Virus record (IMG/VR): IMGVR_UViG_3300029705_002947
DNA: 64,000 nt
Strand: one strand, 5' to 3'
Origin: an uncultured virus (IMG/VR IMGVR_UViG_3300029705_002947)
Taxonomy: Duplodnaviria; Heunggongvirae; Uroviricota; Caudoviricetes
Shown here: piece by piece, positions 1 to 14,000 of the stretch
Numbering within the stretch: position 1 is the stretch's first letter
How the letters are laid out: each line of letters starts with the position of its first letter
Notes under the pieces: model-generated
Seen by the model: the letters and a program-made list of their open reading frames with translations, nothing else
The model's database searches: none
What the model was told of the DNA's origin: nothing
Made by a program: the position numbers and the translations under genes

Positions 1-598
1 ATTCTCAACTATCATTCCAGACTGGTATAATACAAAAGGTGGTTTTGCGTCATATGATGCTTACGTACAATGCTACGACAGTAATTATACATTATTATTG
101 TCGGATACTTATCAACATACAGGATTTATAGGTAGAAACCTTATACAAGACAAAGGTAATCATGATGATGCTTATTATTATACACAATTCAATTTACCTG
201 CAAATACTGCTTATGTATTATGTAGATTAGATGTAAATGCTGGTATTGAGACTACTACTTTTACAAATATATTATTTGAAAAAGGAGATACTGGTTTTGA
301 ACCATTCAGAAACTATGTAAACGATAATCCAATATTTATAAATCCTGATGAAAATGGTAACTTTGCCGTACAAATAAAAGCAGACCGTGATTATGCTAAT
401 AGAATAGGATTTAATGTTGGAGATGCTTCTTCATGTGAAGCTAACGACCAAGTAATTATAACTGACCTTATGGTATTCGAAGGAGATATTCTTGATTGTC
501 ACCCTACAACTTATGTAGACCCAGCAGATACTAGATATCTTGTTGAATATAAATCATTCGGAAATCCATTCGGTTTTGGTAAAAATAAATTAATATAA
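1..598 (+). CDS. 3' part of a putative virion/tail protein with a jelly-roll-like domain (partial)
   Basis: Frame 2 is open from position 2 to TAA at 598, so the gene starts before the window; followed by a terminator. Confidence 0.6.
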   Translation, partial: FSTIIPDWYNTKGGFASYDAYVQCYDSNYTLLLSDTYQHTGFIGRNLIQDKGNHDDAYYYTQFNLPANTAYVLCRLDVNAGIETTTFTNILFEKGDTGFEPFRNYVNDNPIFINPDENGNFAVQIKADRDYANRIGFNVGDASSCEANDQVIITDLMVFEGDILDCHPTTYVDPADTRYLVEYKSFGNPFGFGKNKLI

Positions 599-604
599 AA
601 CACT

Positions 605-634
605 GAAGAGAAGCTTAGGCTTCTCTTCCTTTTA
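605..634 (+). terminator. Intrinsic terminator
   Basis: GAAGAGAAGC-TTAG-GCTTCTCTTC followed by a T-run. Confidence 0.8.
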
Positions 635-637
635 TTG

Positions 638-662
638 AACATCTTGATAAAACAATCTTATA
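638..662 (+). promoter_or_regulatory. Two tandem late-type promoter motifs (AACA-N6-TA)
   Basis: AACATCTTGATA (638-649) and AACAATCTTATA (651-662) upstream of ATG 701. Confidence 0.65.
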
Positions 663-700
663 ATGATAAAATAAGTAAATTAAAAGGAGTTGAACTGTTT

Positions 701-1948
701 ATGAGTATGGTAGATAAAGAGAAGCTTGCAAGATTAGCACAAGCGTTGGATGATAGAGCTGATGTTAAAGTTGCTAAAGAAGCAGAGAGGGCAGCTCAAG
801 CTGAAGCAGGTATACAAGCACATAGTGATGAAACTAGAAATATGCTTGGTGGTAAATCGCTTAAATATTTAACACAGGCAGAATATGATATTTTATCAGA
901 GGAAGAAAAAAATAATGCAAATATTATTTACTATATAACAGACCTTGAAGATAGAAGTCATGACCATTATAATAAAGAGGTTCTTGATCTATTAAATGAA
1001 GAATTTGTTAAAAACCTAGGTAAAGGTCAGTTATTGGAAACAGTTATACCTGGAGAAGAAGGTTGGTATAGAGTTGCTTCCGTTATGGCAAATGGTACAG
1101 GTCTAATAAGTATACGATGCGAACATCATGGAGATTATATGCTTATGATTGGTAATGGTATACAAGATGAACCTAATATGATGCAATTAGGTATGAATTC
1201 TGCGGGTACACGTAGAAATAATATAGTAAGAGTTGTTCATAATCCTAATGAACTAGAAGCATACTTAGAACTTTTCTATGTTTATTCTGATGAGGAATCT
1301 CCTGTAAAAATACAAATATTAGGAGAATCAGAATGGAAATTACAAGAACCCGTACTTATATCATCAGTAGATGAAAATATTTACGATATAAAAGAAATGA
1401 ACTTAGTACCAGGTAAGATAGTTGGAGAATTTGAAGGCGTTATAGAAGAATGTAATAAATTAGCAAATGCTAGAAATATAATAGTAGGAAACTCTACTAA
1501 AGTATTTGACGGTACAGAAGATATATCATTTACATTAAATGAAATAGGTGCAACACCTAGAATGCATGAATCATTAACTACTGATAATAAAGTAGTTATA
1601 GATGCTATCAATGAATTAGATGCTGACTTAGGAGTTGTTGAACACGCATTAAATGGATATAAAATATGGGTTGGATCTACTGCAGAACTAGAAGCCATAG
1701 TTGAAAGAGATCCTATGACTTTATACTTTGAAATAAGTAATGACATTGTTGCTACTGAAATAAATCCAGAACCAGAAGTAATGCCAGGAATAGCAACTAC
1801 TGATATATTCGATGAATCTATACCTGCATACCCTGGAGAAATGGAAGAAATACCTCAAGATGTTATTCTTGTATCACCATCAGGATTTAAATATAGATTA
1901 AAAGTTGATGATTATGGTAATTTATTTACCGAAGCAGTGATAGAATAA
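701..1948 (+). CDS. Tail-fibre adaptor/connector-like protein
   Basis: SD AAGGAG before ATG 701; phage fibre motifs LTQAEYD..L...IYYI, KIWVGS.AE......TLYF, LTTDNKVVIDAINEL; C-terminal SPSG..Y.L.VDD.G.L hairpin. Confidence 0.65.
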   Translation: MSMVDKEKLARLAQALDDRADVKVAKEAERAAQAEAGIQAHSDETRNMLGGKSLKYLTQAEYDILSEEEKNNANIIYYITDLEDRSHDHYNKEVLDLLNEEFVKNLGKGQLLETVIPGEEGWYRVASVMANGTGLISIRCEHHGDYMLMIGNGIQDEPNMMQLGMNSAGTRRNNIVRVVHNPNELEAYLELFYVYSDEESPVKIQILGESEWKLQEPVLISSVDENIYDIKEMNLVPGKIVGEFEGVIEECNKLANARNIIVGNSTKVFDGTEDISFTLNEIGATPRMHESLTTDNKVVIDAINELDADLGVVEHALNGYKIWVGSTAELEAIVERDPMTLYFEISNDIVATEINPEPEVMPGIATTDIFDESIPAYPGEMEEIPQDVILVSPSGFKYRLKVDDYGNLFTEAVIE

Positions 1949-1957
1949 CAACTACAA

Positions 1958-1969
1958 AACAATGAAATA
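1958..1969 (+). promoter_or_regulatory. Late-type promoter motif
   Basis: AACAATGAAATA upstream of the giant LRR gene. Confidence 0.6.
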
Positions 1970-1989
1970 AGAGAAAAGAAATAATTTTG

Positions 1990-2032
1990 AAAGTAAATTG
2001 GAGGGAGGAATAAATCCTCCAATTTACTTTTT
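1990..2032 (+). terminator. 15-bp stem-loop with T-run in the leader of the LRR gene
   Basis: AAAGTAAATTGGAGG...CCTCCAATTTACTTT. Confidence 0.55.
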
Positions 2033-2057
2033 AATACGAAAAAGGAGAGTGAATTAA

Positions 2058-5000
2058 ATGGCTAATATAGCTATATATAAATTTAATGACGGTATAGATA
2101 CTTTACCTTTATTTGAATCAAGTTATACGTATAGTTATACAGACGAATCTAATGGTGATGGAACTATTACTAGAACAATAACATCTGATACAATACCAAC
2201 TAGTATAAGTTTCAAAGATTTAGAAGGATTAGTTTCAGTAAGCTATATAAATACAGAAAGTATAAGTAATTTTAGTTATTTATTTCAAAACTGTGTAAAC
2301 TTAACTTCGGTAGATTTATATAATATAAGTTCATCTCAAGCAACAGATATGAAATATATGTTTGCTGGTTGTACTGGGTTAATGTCTATAGACCTAGGAG
2401 GATTAAATACAGGAAATGTACTAGATATGTCTGGTATGTTTATGGGATGTTCTAATATATTTGCGATAGATATAAAAGGCTTAAATACTAGTAAAGTAAC
2501 TAGTATGAATAGTATGTTCCAAAACTGTGAAAATTTAAGTAGTTTAGATATGACAGGAATGAACATATCTGCATTAAGTAATATAGGATTTATGTTTGCT
2601 GGTTGTACTAATTTAATGAGTGTTTTATTTACTGGGTTAAATTTAAATAATAGTATGACTATGACAGACATATTTAAAGATTGTCTAGTATTAAACGTAG
2701 TTAATATGGATAATTGTAATATAGATGATATTAATATGATGATAAATTATTTACCAGAAAGAGAAGCTGGTAGTAACGCTAAATTAAAAGTTAATAATAG
2801 TGACATAAGTGGAATTAACACAACTAATTTAACAGCTAAAAACTGGAATTTAGCAAGTTATGAAATATTCTTAAGATATGTATTTGACAAAAGTATTTAT
2901 GCTAATTTAATACCTGAATTCAATAGTGGATTCACTGGATACGTTGTAATAGACGAGGCTGTAAATGGTAATATGGTTACTAGAGCTATAGGACACGAGA
3001 ATTTAAAACCATCTATGATCAGATTTGGTAATCCTAATGGTAATGGTCAAAATCAATCTGCAAAACAACTTGCTATAATTAAAATATTATATCTAGACGG
3101 TAGTAATCTTACAACATGTGATCTTATGTTCCATCAGTGTCAGAATATTAATTATATCGAACCTTTTATTATAACTAATAAATGTACGAATACGCATGGA
3201 ATGCTTTCTGGTTGTAATAAATTAACTTCAATAGATATAAGCAATTGGGATACTAGTAATGTAACTAATATGAGTTATATGTTCCGTGAATTATTACAAA
3301 TGACTTCATTGGATGTAAGTAATTTAAACACTAGTAAAGTAACTGATATGACTGGTATGTTTAGTTATTGTACAAATGCAGAAATTATAAATATGAACGG
3401 ATGGAACACAGCAGCTCTTACAACTATGCGTACTATGTTTGATAACTGTAGAAAATTAAAAACTATAGTTGGTTTAGGTGATTTAAACACTAGTAAAGTA
3501 ACTGATATGTATGAAATGTTTAGTTATTGTGAGCAATTACCATCATTAGATTTATCTAACTGGGATACTAGTAATGTTACTAGTATGAGTAAAATGTTTA
3601 GAAATTGTCGTTCTTTAGTAAATATATCACTTACACCATCTAAGTTTAATACTAGTAAAGTAACTGATATGGGTGGTATGTTTGACAGTTGTTGGAAATT
3701 AACATCAATTGATATAAGTGGATTTAATACTAGCAATGTAACTACTATGTATAACATGTTCTGCGATTGTCGTGCATTAACTTCATTAAACTTAAGTTCA
3801 TTTAATACTAGTAAAGTAACTAATATGAAATATATGTTCAACGGTTCTGATGATTCTTATATGAATTTAGAAACTATAACATTTGGTCCAAACTGGAGTG
3901 TTGCTAATGTAACTGATATGGATTGTATGTTTGGAGATTGCTATTATTTAACTAATTTAGATGTAAGTAATTGGAATACTAGTAAAGTAACTAATATGAA
4001 CTGTCTGTTTAGAAATTGTCGTTCGTTAACTTCATTAGATGTAAGTAATTGGAATACTAATAACGTAACTGTTATGAGTAGTGTATTCTATAATTGTTAT
4101 AATTTAACTTCATTAGATTTAAGTAATTGGAATACTAGTAAAGTAACTACTATGTATTGTATGTTCTGTGGTTGTAAAAAATTAACTTCATTATCTATCA
4201 ATCATTTGGATGTTAGTAAAGTAACGAATATAGACAATTTGATCAATGACTGTTATGGTTTAACTTCAATAGACTTGAGTAATTGGGATACTAGTAGTGT
4301 AGTTAGTATGCGTTATGTATTTAATGCTACAGATGGTACATTTATGAATCTACAAGAAATAAAACTAGGACCTGGTTGGAGTAAAAATAACACTACTGAC
4401 ATGTACTGTATGTTTAGTGATAACGATAAATTAACAAAAATTGAAGGCTTACAATACTTAAATACTAGTAAAGTAAAAGATATGTCTTGTATGTTTATTA
4501 GATGTAAAAAAATAGAATCACTTGATATAAGTAATTTTGATACGAGTAGTGTAACTGATATGTATCATATGTTTGAGGAATGTTATAAAGTTAAAGAATT
4601 AGATGTGAGTAATTGGAATACTAGCAATCTTAAAAAAGCTTATAATTTATTTAGTAAATGTCATTCATTAACTTCAATAGATGTAAGTAATTGGAATACT
4701 AGTAATGTAACTAGAATGGATGGTATATTCCAATATTGCCAATCATTAACTTCGTTAGATTTAAGTAACTGGAGATTAATTGATAATGTAAATATTTCTA
4801 ATATGATTGACTATTGTACTAATTTAAAAACTTTAAATATAAATAATATAAAAATTACGACTGCAAATATAACTTCTAATACATTGGCAGATGATGTATA
4901 CTTAGAAAAAATATATACAAATGACGTAAACACGATACAATTTTTATTAAATACTAATGATATAAAAAATAGAACTGAAATGTCAACAGGTGTATTAGTA

Positions 5001-8000
5001 GTTCCTAGTACAGTTAATATTCCTACATCAACAATGGTCGAACTTATCAATAGAAACTGGGAAGTTAGAAATTTAGTTGTTCAATATACATTCGATGCTA
5101 ATACTTATGAAGATGTAATACCTGAGTTTAATGCTGAATTTACATCAGATAAATATGTTGTTAGAGATGAAGTAAATGAGACTTCTATTGGTAATTTTGA
5201 ATGGATAGTTGAAGGTATTGACGATACTGATGGTGGATTCTGTTCATCTTCAAATCCAGACATTGAAAGAAGAACAGGTTATATATCTATAAATGGTAAC
5301 ACTCGATATAATGTTGAATTTCTAGATCCAGGTACTATAATATATTATTATACTTCAGATAAAGTATATATTGAAAGAAAATCACTAATAGTTACTCTAG
5401 ACCACTTTATAACACCACCTAATGCTAAGTTTATAGCTATAAAAACAGGAGTGTCATGGAATGGAACAGATTTAGAAAAAGCTAATATAAGTAGTAAAAC
5501 TATAACTAGAACTATTGAAACTGTTACTGGTGAACTACCAACAAGAATAAGATTTGGTCATAGAGATGCAGAATCGGCAGCAAATGATACTTATGAAGCT
5601 GCACATGGTAACCCAGATGCTGCAAATGCATTATTAAAAGTATCTGAATTATCTACTAATGAATTAACAAATATGAACGATATGTTTAGAGAGTGTACAC
5701 GTGTTACTGAAATCAATACTAATAAATGGAATACTAGTAAAGTAACAGAAATGAGATGTACATTTGAAAAATGTGATAATTTATCTATCTTAGATGTAAG
5801 TAATTGGGATACTAGTAAAGTAACTCTTATGGGTTGGTTATTCAACGGCTGTTTATCATTAACTTCGATAGATGTAAGTAAATGGAATACTATTAATACA
5901 ATACAAATGCAAAGTATGTTCGGTAGTTGTCAATCATTAACTTCAATAGATGTAAGTAATTTCAATACTAGTAAAGTAAATCGTATGAATGGTATGTTCT
6001 CTGATTGTTTATCATTAACTTCATTAGATGTAAGTAAATGGAATACTAGTAATGTAATATATACTCATCAAATGTTCTATAATTGTCAATCATTAACTTC
6101 ATTAGATGTAAGTAAATGGAATACTGGAAATTTACAACTTATGAATAATATGTTTACTAATTGCTATAAACTAACTTCATTAGATGTAAGTAAATGGAAT
6201 ACTAGTAATGTAACTAATATGAATAGTGCGTTCCAAACTTGTCAATCATTAACTTCAATAGATGTAAGTAATTTTAATACTAGTAATGTAAAAAATATGG
6301 GTTATATGTTTAGACGTTGTGAAAACGTAACTTCATTAGATGTAAGTAATTGGGATACTAGTAAAGTAACTGATATGAGTTCTATGTTCGGACTATGTAA
6401 TAAACTAACTTCATTAGATGTAAGTAAATGGAATACTAGTAATGTAACTGATTTAGGTTATTTATTTGATGATTGTATAAAATTAACGGAAGTAAAAGGT
6501 ATTGAAAACTGGAATACTAGTAATGTGAAAGACATAAATGGATTATTCAACGATGCTGTTGCTATTAAGAGAATAGATTTAAGTAAGTGGGATACTAGTA
6601 AAATAACTAATTCAAGAGAATACTTATTTGCAAGTAGAGATAAAACTAATCCTATGGCATTAAAAACGCTTGATATAACAAACTGGACAATGTTATCTAC
6701 TGATAACATGGATTCTACTATATTCTTTGATAATAATCATGGTACTGAACTTCAATATATTAAATGTGGTACAGTTGAATTAGCAAATGTAATAATACCA
6801 TTATTACCAGATAGAACATCAAAAGATGCTGGTGTATTATTAGTTAACTCTGTATCAGGTATAGACACTGCAACACTATTAGCTAAAAACTGGAACTTAA
6901 TAACTGTAGAAAATGCTACTGTAGTGGCTGAATATAAATTCAATAAAGCTTTATATGATTTAGTACCTACATTCAATGATGATTTTATAGACTATTTCGT
7001 TATAGATAGTTATGAAGATACAGAAGATTACATTATAAACGATTATTTACAAAGTGGTGAAATCCCTCCAGAATTATTGTCACTTGAAGAGGATGAAATA
7101 GAAACTATAGCTACAGGAGATACTTATAGAGTTCCTGCAGCAAATATAGTTACTAGAAAAATAATATCTACTGGTAATTTACCAACAGCAATGAGATTCG
7201 GTCAAATGGATAATGTTTATAATGCCAAAGCTGCATCTTTATTATCGGTTAGTCAATTAAATACTGATAACTTAATTAATGCAAATTATATGTTTAAACG
7301 TTGTATGCATGTTAAACGTTTAGATATACCTAATTTAAATATGGAAAACGTTGTAACAATGGTGGACTTTATTTATAACTGTCCAAATATCGAATATGTA
7401 AATGTTGCAGGGTATAACCTTAGTAATGTACAAGATATGACAGGAGTAATGGCACATAACACTAAACTGACTACAATAGAAGGAATGAATACATGGGTGA
7501 CTAGCTCAAAATTAGTAACGGTTTATAATGGATTTGCTGGTGACCGTAAACTTACAAGTATAGATTTAAGTAGTTGGACTGTTGGTAATCTTAGAAATAT
7601 TGCTGAACTTTTTGCTACTTGTGTATCAATAACTTCAATAAATCTAAATGGTTGGGATACTACTCAAGTACGTAATATGGACCATATGTTTTTAAATTGT
7701 AGATCATTAACTTCATTGGATGTAAGTCATTTTAATACTAGCTATGTAAATAGTATGCTTGGTATGTTCCAAGGATGTAAAAAATTAACTTCATTAAACT
7801 TAAGTAATTTTGTTAATGATACTGTACAAGATTTATCTTGGATGTTCTATGATTGTAACGAATTAACTACAATAGGAGATGTAAGTAATTGGAATACTGT
7901 TAATGTATATACTATGGCTATGATGTTCACTAATTGTTATAAATTATCTTCATTAGATGTAAGTAAATGGAATACTAGTAAAGTAATTGACTTGAGCTCT

Positions 8001-11000
8001 ACATTTGCATTTTGTCAATCCTTAACTTCATTAGATGTAAGTAATTGGAATACGTCAAGTTTAGTTTATATGAGTTGCTTATTCGCTGGATCTAATAGAT
8101 TAACAACAGTAGGTAGCTTAGCTAAATGGAATATTAGTAAAGTTAATAGTCTTTATGCATTATTTAGTGCATGTGGTAGTTTACAATCAGTGCCAGGAAT
8201 TGAACTATGGGATACTAAAAATGTAACAAAAATGCATCATATGTTCTCTCAATGTGAAAATCTAACTTCACTAGACGTAAGTAAATGGGATGTTAGTAAT
8301 GTAACTGATATGAACAGAATGTTCAATAGATGTTTAAAATTAACTACACTAGGAGATGTAAGTAATTGGAATACTAGTAATGTAACTGACATGTCATTAT
8401 TATTCTATTTATGCCCACTTGTAACTTCATTAGATGTAAGTAATTGGGATACTAGTAAAGTAACTAATATGTCTCACATGTTTGGAGAATGTGCTAGTTT
8501 AACTTCATTAGATGTAAGTAATTTTGATACTAGAAATGTAACTAATATGTATGCTATGTTCTTTAATTGTCAATCATTAACTTCATTAGATGTAAGTAAT
8601 TTTAATACTAGTAAAGTAACTAATATGGGTAGTTTTGCGGGATTTTTAAAATCTGTAAAAACGCTTAACTTCAATAACCTTAACGCAACGCAACAAAAAA
8701 CTTCTATACACACAGATTATAGATTTATAATAGAACATGACAACTTAGAAAAATTATATATCAATGATTTATATACATTAGCTACTATTATAGGTTATTT
8801 ATTGGATAGAACTGGTAAAACTCCAGGTAAATTAGTAACTTCAATACGTGATATAATACCAGCAGATATAATAGCTATATTAAACGCTAGAAACTGGCAA
8901 ATAGTTGATATAGTTGCACATTATAGATTTAATCCTGATAGATACGAAAACTTATTACCAGAATTTAATGTAGAATTCACTGCAAATGATTATACTATAA
9001 TTGATACTGAACATGTTATAACATTAGATAATATGTATTGGGAACCAGGAATTATAGATTCAACAGGTGCGGATGCTGTTGATAGTAGTTACGCTAGTGC
9101 CGCACGTTCATCTTATTTACCAGTACGTGATAGTTTAACATATGATTTCAATATAGATTATTGTCAAGTATTCTGGTATGATGAAAATAAAGCTTTAGTT
9201 GCTGCTTCTGGTTTATATGGAAAAAATCAAGGGGTTTCTAATGGAAGTAAATGTTATGCACCAGCTGATGCTAAATATTTAAGAATTTATAGAGGAGTTG
9301 GTAGTACAACTAATGTATCAATAACTGCTAGATATATTGATAGAATTCTTGAAGCTACTACAACTAAATTACCAGCACGATTTATATTCGGTTTAAATGC
9401 TGATAGTGGTGATCAAACACCAAGAGAAGAATCATTATTAGAAGTTCTTGATTTAAACTGTAGTAATCTTTATGATGCTACAAAAACATTTGCATATTGT
9501 ACTAGAGTTAAATTTATTAGAAGTAGCTGGATTGGTAATCATATAAATAATATGTACGATATGTTTGCGGGATGTAGAAACTTAGTTTCCTTAGACTTAA
9601 GCAATTTAAATACTGCTAATGTAGGTAGACTAGACTTTGTGTTCTTAGTTTGTGAAAAATTGACAACAGTAGGGGATATAAGTAAGTGGGATACTAGTAA
9701 TGCATGGACTATGGCTGCAACGTTCCAAGGTTGTGTAAAACTTCAATCACTAGATTTAAGTAGATGGAATACTAGTAAAGTGAGAACTATGAATAAAATG
9801 TTCCTAAATTGTCATAAACTAACTACAATAGGAGATGTAAGTAATTGGGATACTGGTAACGTAACAACTATTGCAAATATGTTTAGTTATTGTTATTCAT
9901 TACAATCATTAAATCTAAGTAACTGGAATGTTGTTAAAGTGACTGATATGTATCAATTATTCTTACATTGTGAAACATTGACAACAGTAGGGGACATAAG
10001 TAATTGGAATACTGGAAATGTGAAAAATATGTCTAATGTATTTGTTAGATGTTATAAATTATCTTCATTAAATGTAAGTAATTGGGATACTAGTAATGCA
10101 ACTAGTATGCATGACATGTTTGGTTATTGTGAATCGTTAACTTCACTTGATTTAAGTAACTGGAATGTTAGTAATGTAACCGATTTAAGTGGTATGTTTA
10201 TCAAATGTTATAAATTAACAACTGTAGGTGACTTAGCTAATTGGGATGTTAGAAAAGTTAATTCTGTGGCTTGGATGTTTGAACATGCTGAAAGTATAAC
10301 TAACTTAAACATAGCTAACTGGCAAACAGATAGTCTTACAAAAATGAATTCGGCATTTACATTTACTTATAAATTACAAACATTAGACTTACGTAAATGG
10401 AATACTGTTAATGTAACAGATGCAAATAATATGTTTACAAGTGCAGCGTTTACAACATTAGATATAAGTAATTTTGATCTAAGTAATGCTACAAATATTA
10501 GTAACATGATTGCAGGTAATTGTGGACAGATTAAATATTTAAAATGTAACAATGTAACAACATTAAATAAAATCAAAGGTTTTTTACCAACAAAAACTGC
10601 AGCAGATCCAGGTTATATAATCTGTAAAGCTAGTAATATTTCTAGTTTAGATAAAGCTACATTCACATCTAAATATTGGAATATAGTAGATGTAAGTACA
10701 CAACTTAAAACTGTTGCTAGATATAGATTTAATAAAACTATGTGTGATTTAGTTCCTATATTCAATACTGGTTATATGGGATTCATTGAAGATATATCTA
10801 CAAATGGTGATTTAGTAACTAGAAAAATAGAACACCTTGTGTTACCTACAAAAATAAAATTTGGTGATAGTGGTGATTATGCAAACGGTGGTACACCAAT
10901 GTCACATTCACTATACAACGTTTATGAATTAGACACTAGTAATGCAACAGATTTAACTCAATTATTTAGATTCTGTACTAATTTAGAGACTATAGAATGT

Positions 11001-14000
11001 AAGATGATAGCTGAAAAAGTACAGTATATGATGGGTATGTTCAACTGTTGCTTTAAATTAAAAGCTGTAGATGTAACTGGAATAAAAACTGATAAAGTCT
11101 CATCGTTTGTTACGATATTTGCTGGTTGTCACGCATTAACTGCAGTAGATGTAAGTGGATGGAATACTAGTAAAGTAACTGATATGCATCAACTTTTCGA
11201 TGCATGCCATGCTATAACAGAAATAAAAGGATTAGAAAATTGGGATACTAGTAACGTAACTAGGATGTCAAACATGTTCTTATATAACCAAAAAGTTTAT
11301 GCGTTAAATGTAAATAATTGGAATACTAGTAAAGCTACTGATATGAGTCGTATGTTCGCTTACTGTCAACAATTAACAACACTAGATCTAAGTAACTGGG
11401 ACACTAGAAATGTAACTAGTATGGAATCTTTATTTGACAATTGTGTTAATTTAACTTCAGTTGGAGATTTAGGAAACTGGAATACTAGTAAGGTATGGGA
11501 TATGAAAACAATGTTCCAACATTGTGATAGATTATCTTCATTAAATGTAAGTAATTGGGATGTTAGTAATGTAAATAGATTACACTATACATTTGCTTAT
11601 TGTCAAAACTTATCTGTAATTGATGTAAGTAAATGGAATACTAAAAATGTTAAATATATAGCTGGAATATTCAACACATGTAAAAAGTTATATCATATAG
11701 ATGTATCTAAATGGGATACTAGTAATGTAGTTGATATGAACTGGGTATTCGGTCAATGTGATAATATAATAACTGATGTAAGTAATTGGAATACTAGTAA
11801 TGTAACTTCTATGCAAGGTATGTTTGCTAATACAAGTGTAGATAATGGATTAGATGTAAGTAATTTTGATACTAGTAAGGTATGGGATATGAAATATATG
11901 TTCTATAATTGCTGGGGATTACAATCTATAAATGTAAGTAATTGGGATACTAGAAACGTTGAAGATATGAATTATATGTTCCAACGTTGTAGATCATTAA
12001 AATCACTAGATGTAAGTAATTTTGATACTAGTAAATTAAGAGTTGCTGATAAATTTATTTGTGAACTTGAAAGTATAGAAACACTAAACTTAAACAATGT
12101 TGATTTTACAAATGCAAATATTACAGAATTCTTTAGTAACAAACTTAACACGTTAAATAAACTTTATGTAAATAAAGTAGAAACATTGGATCTAGTATTA
12201 CCAAATTTACCAGATAGATCTGCTACTACAAGTGGTAAATTAATGACTTCAATACGTGCTTTAATACCTGAAGAAACGGTAAATGCATTAACAGCTAAAA
12301 ACTGGATAATATGCGACACTATAGTTAATTATACATTTGACGCTAACAGATATGAAAACTTATTACCTGAGTTCAATATAGAATTCACTGAAGATGATTA
12401 TACTGTTATAGATGAAGTTCATGACCATGTACTTGATATTGAATTTAAAGATAACATTGATTGGTCATATACACAGCCTACTAATAGTTATTATCGTGAA
12501 GGCTATAAATGTACTAATCTTATAAATTGTATACCTAACATATTATATATATTAAAATCTCCTATAAACGTTATGTTCTTTGATGAAAATAAAAACTATA
12601 TTAGCGATGCATGCAATAGTGAAGGCGATACTTATCCTAAAACTATAGTATCACCAAGCAATGCTAAATATATGACTTTCGGAAGAAGTTTAACTAATAA
12701 CCGAGAATTTGACGTAAGATATAAAATAGTAAATAGAACTATTGAGTCTGTAAATGGAAAATTACCAACTATGATAAGATTTGGTGTAGAAGGTGATGGT
12801 ATAGAAGGTGATACAACTGAAAGAAGTATGTCCTTATTGTCAGTTCTTGACATGTGTACTAGAAACCTTACTATTGCGGCTTGTATGTTTAGAAGATGTA
12901 AAAACTTAACTAAAGTAAATATAAATCATTTCATAGTTCCAGAATTTGCTAAAGATATATTTGCTGAATGTAATTCAATAGAAAAAATAGATGTAAGTGG
13001 ATGGGATACTAGTAACGTAACTTCACTAAGAGGAATATTCTGTTATTGTTACGCATTAACTGAAATCGTAGGACTTGAAAATTGGAATACTACAAACGTA
13101 CAAGATATGCATGGAATATTTAATCAAGACGGTAAGTTAAAATCAGTGAATGTAGGTAACTGGAACACTGCAAATGTAACTAATATGAGATTATTATTCT
13201 CTGATTGTTCGAGTCTAACAAATTTAGATTTAAGTGGATGGAATACTGATAAAGTTGAAGATACGCATGCTATGTTCAGCAACTGCACAAGTTTAACAAC
13301 TATAGGTAATATAAAAAAATGGACTACTAGTAAAGTAAATAATATGGCTTGGATGTTTAATATGTGTAATAACTTAGAAATACAAGACGTAAGTGGTTGG
13401 GATACACGTAATGTAACTGATATGAATAATATGTTCTCTAACTGTTATAAAATGACTAAATTAGATGTAAGTGGATGGGATGTAAGCAAAGTAACTAATA
13501 TGGATTATATGTTTAACAATCTTAATTGTCTTACTCTAAACTTAGCTAATTTTAACTGGAGTAATGTAACTGCTAACTTCGACGGTATGTTTAGAACTAC
13601 TAATACTACTAGTCCATCATTAGTTAGATTAAACTTACCATCTTACGATATGAATACAAATTTAGGTACTGACTTCTTAGTAAATCAAAAAAATCTTAAA
13701 TTCGTTAAATGTGAAAACAAAAATAATATTATTAAGATAATAGACCATCTTCCAACAAGACCTGCTAATGACCCAGGTAAAATTTATACTAAAATAGCTT
13801 TATCAGAATTTACTGAAATAGCTATAAGTACATTAGCTGCTAAAAACTGGTCTATTGTAAGTGTAAGCGAAGGATTAAAAGTTTTAACTAAATATAAATT
13901 TGCTAAGAGTATATGGGGTAGTATGCTTCCAGTAATAAACAGACCAGATAAAGAACTTACAAACTATTTTATAGAAGACGAGTATTTAGATACTGATAGT

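Noticed and set aside
5800..6450. CRISPR-like appearance (constant ~50 nt plus variable ~28 nt)
   Set aside because: The 78-nt period is in frame within a continuous ORF, repeats are degenerate and no cas genes are present
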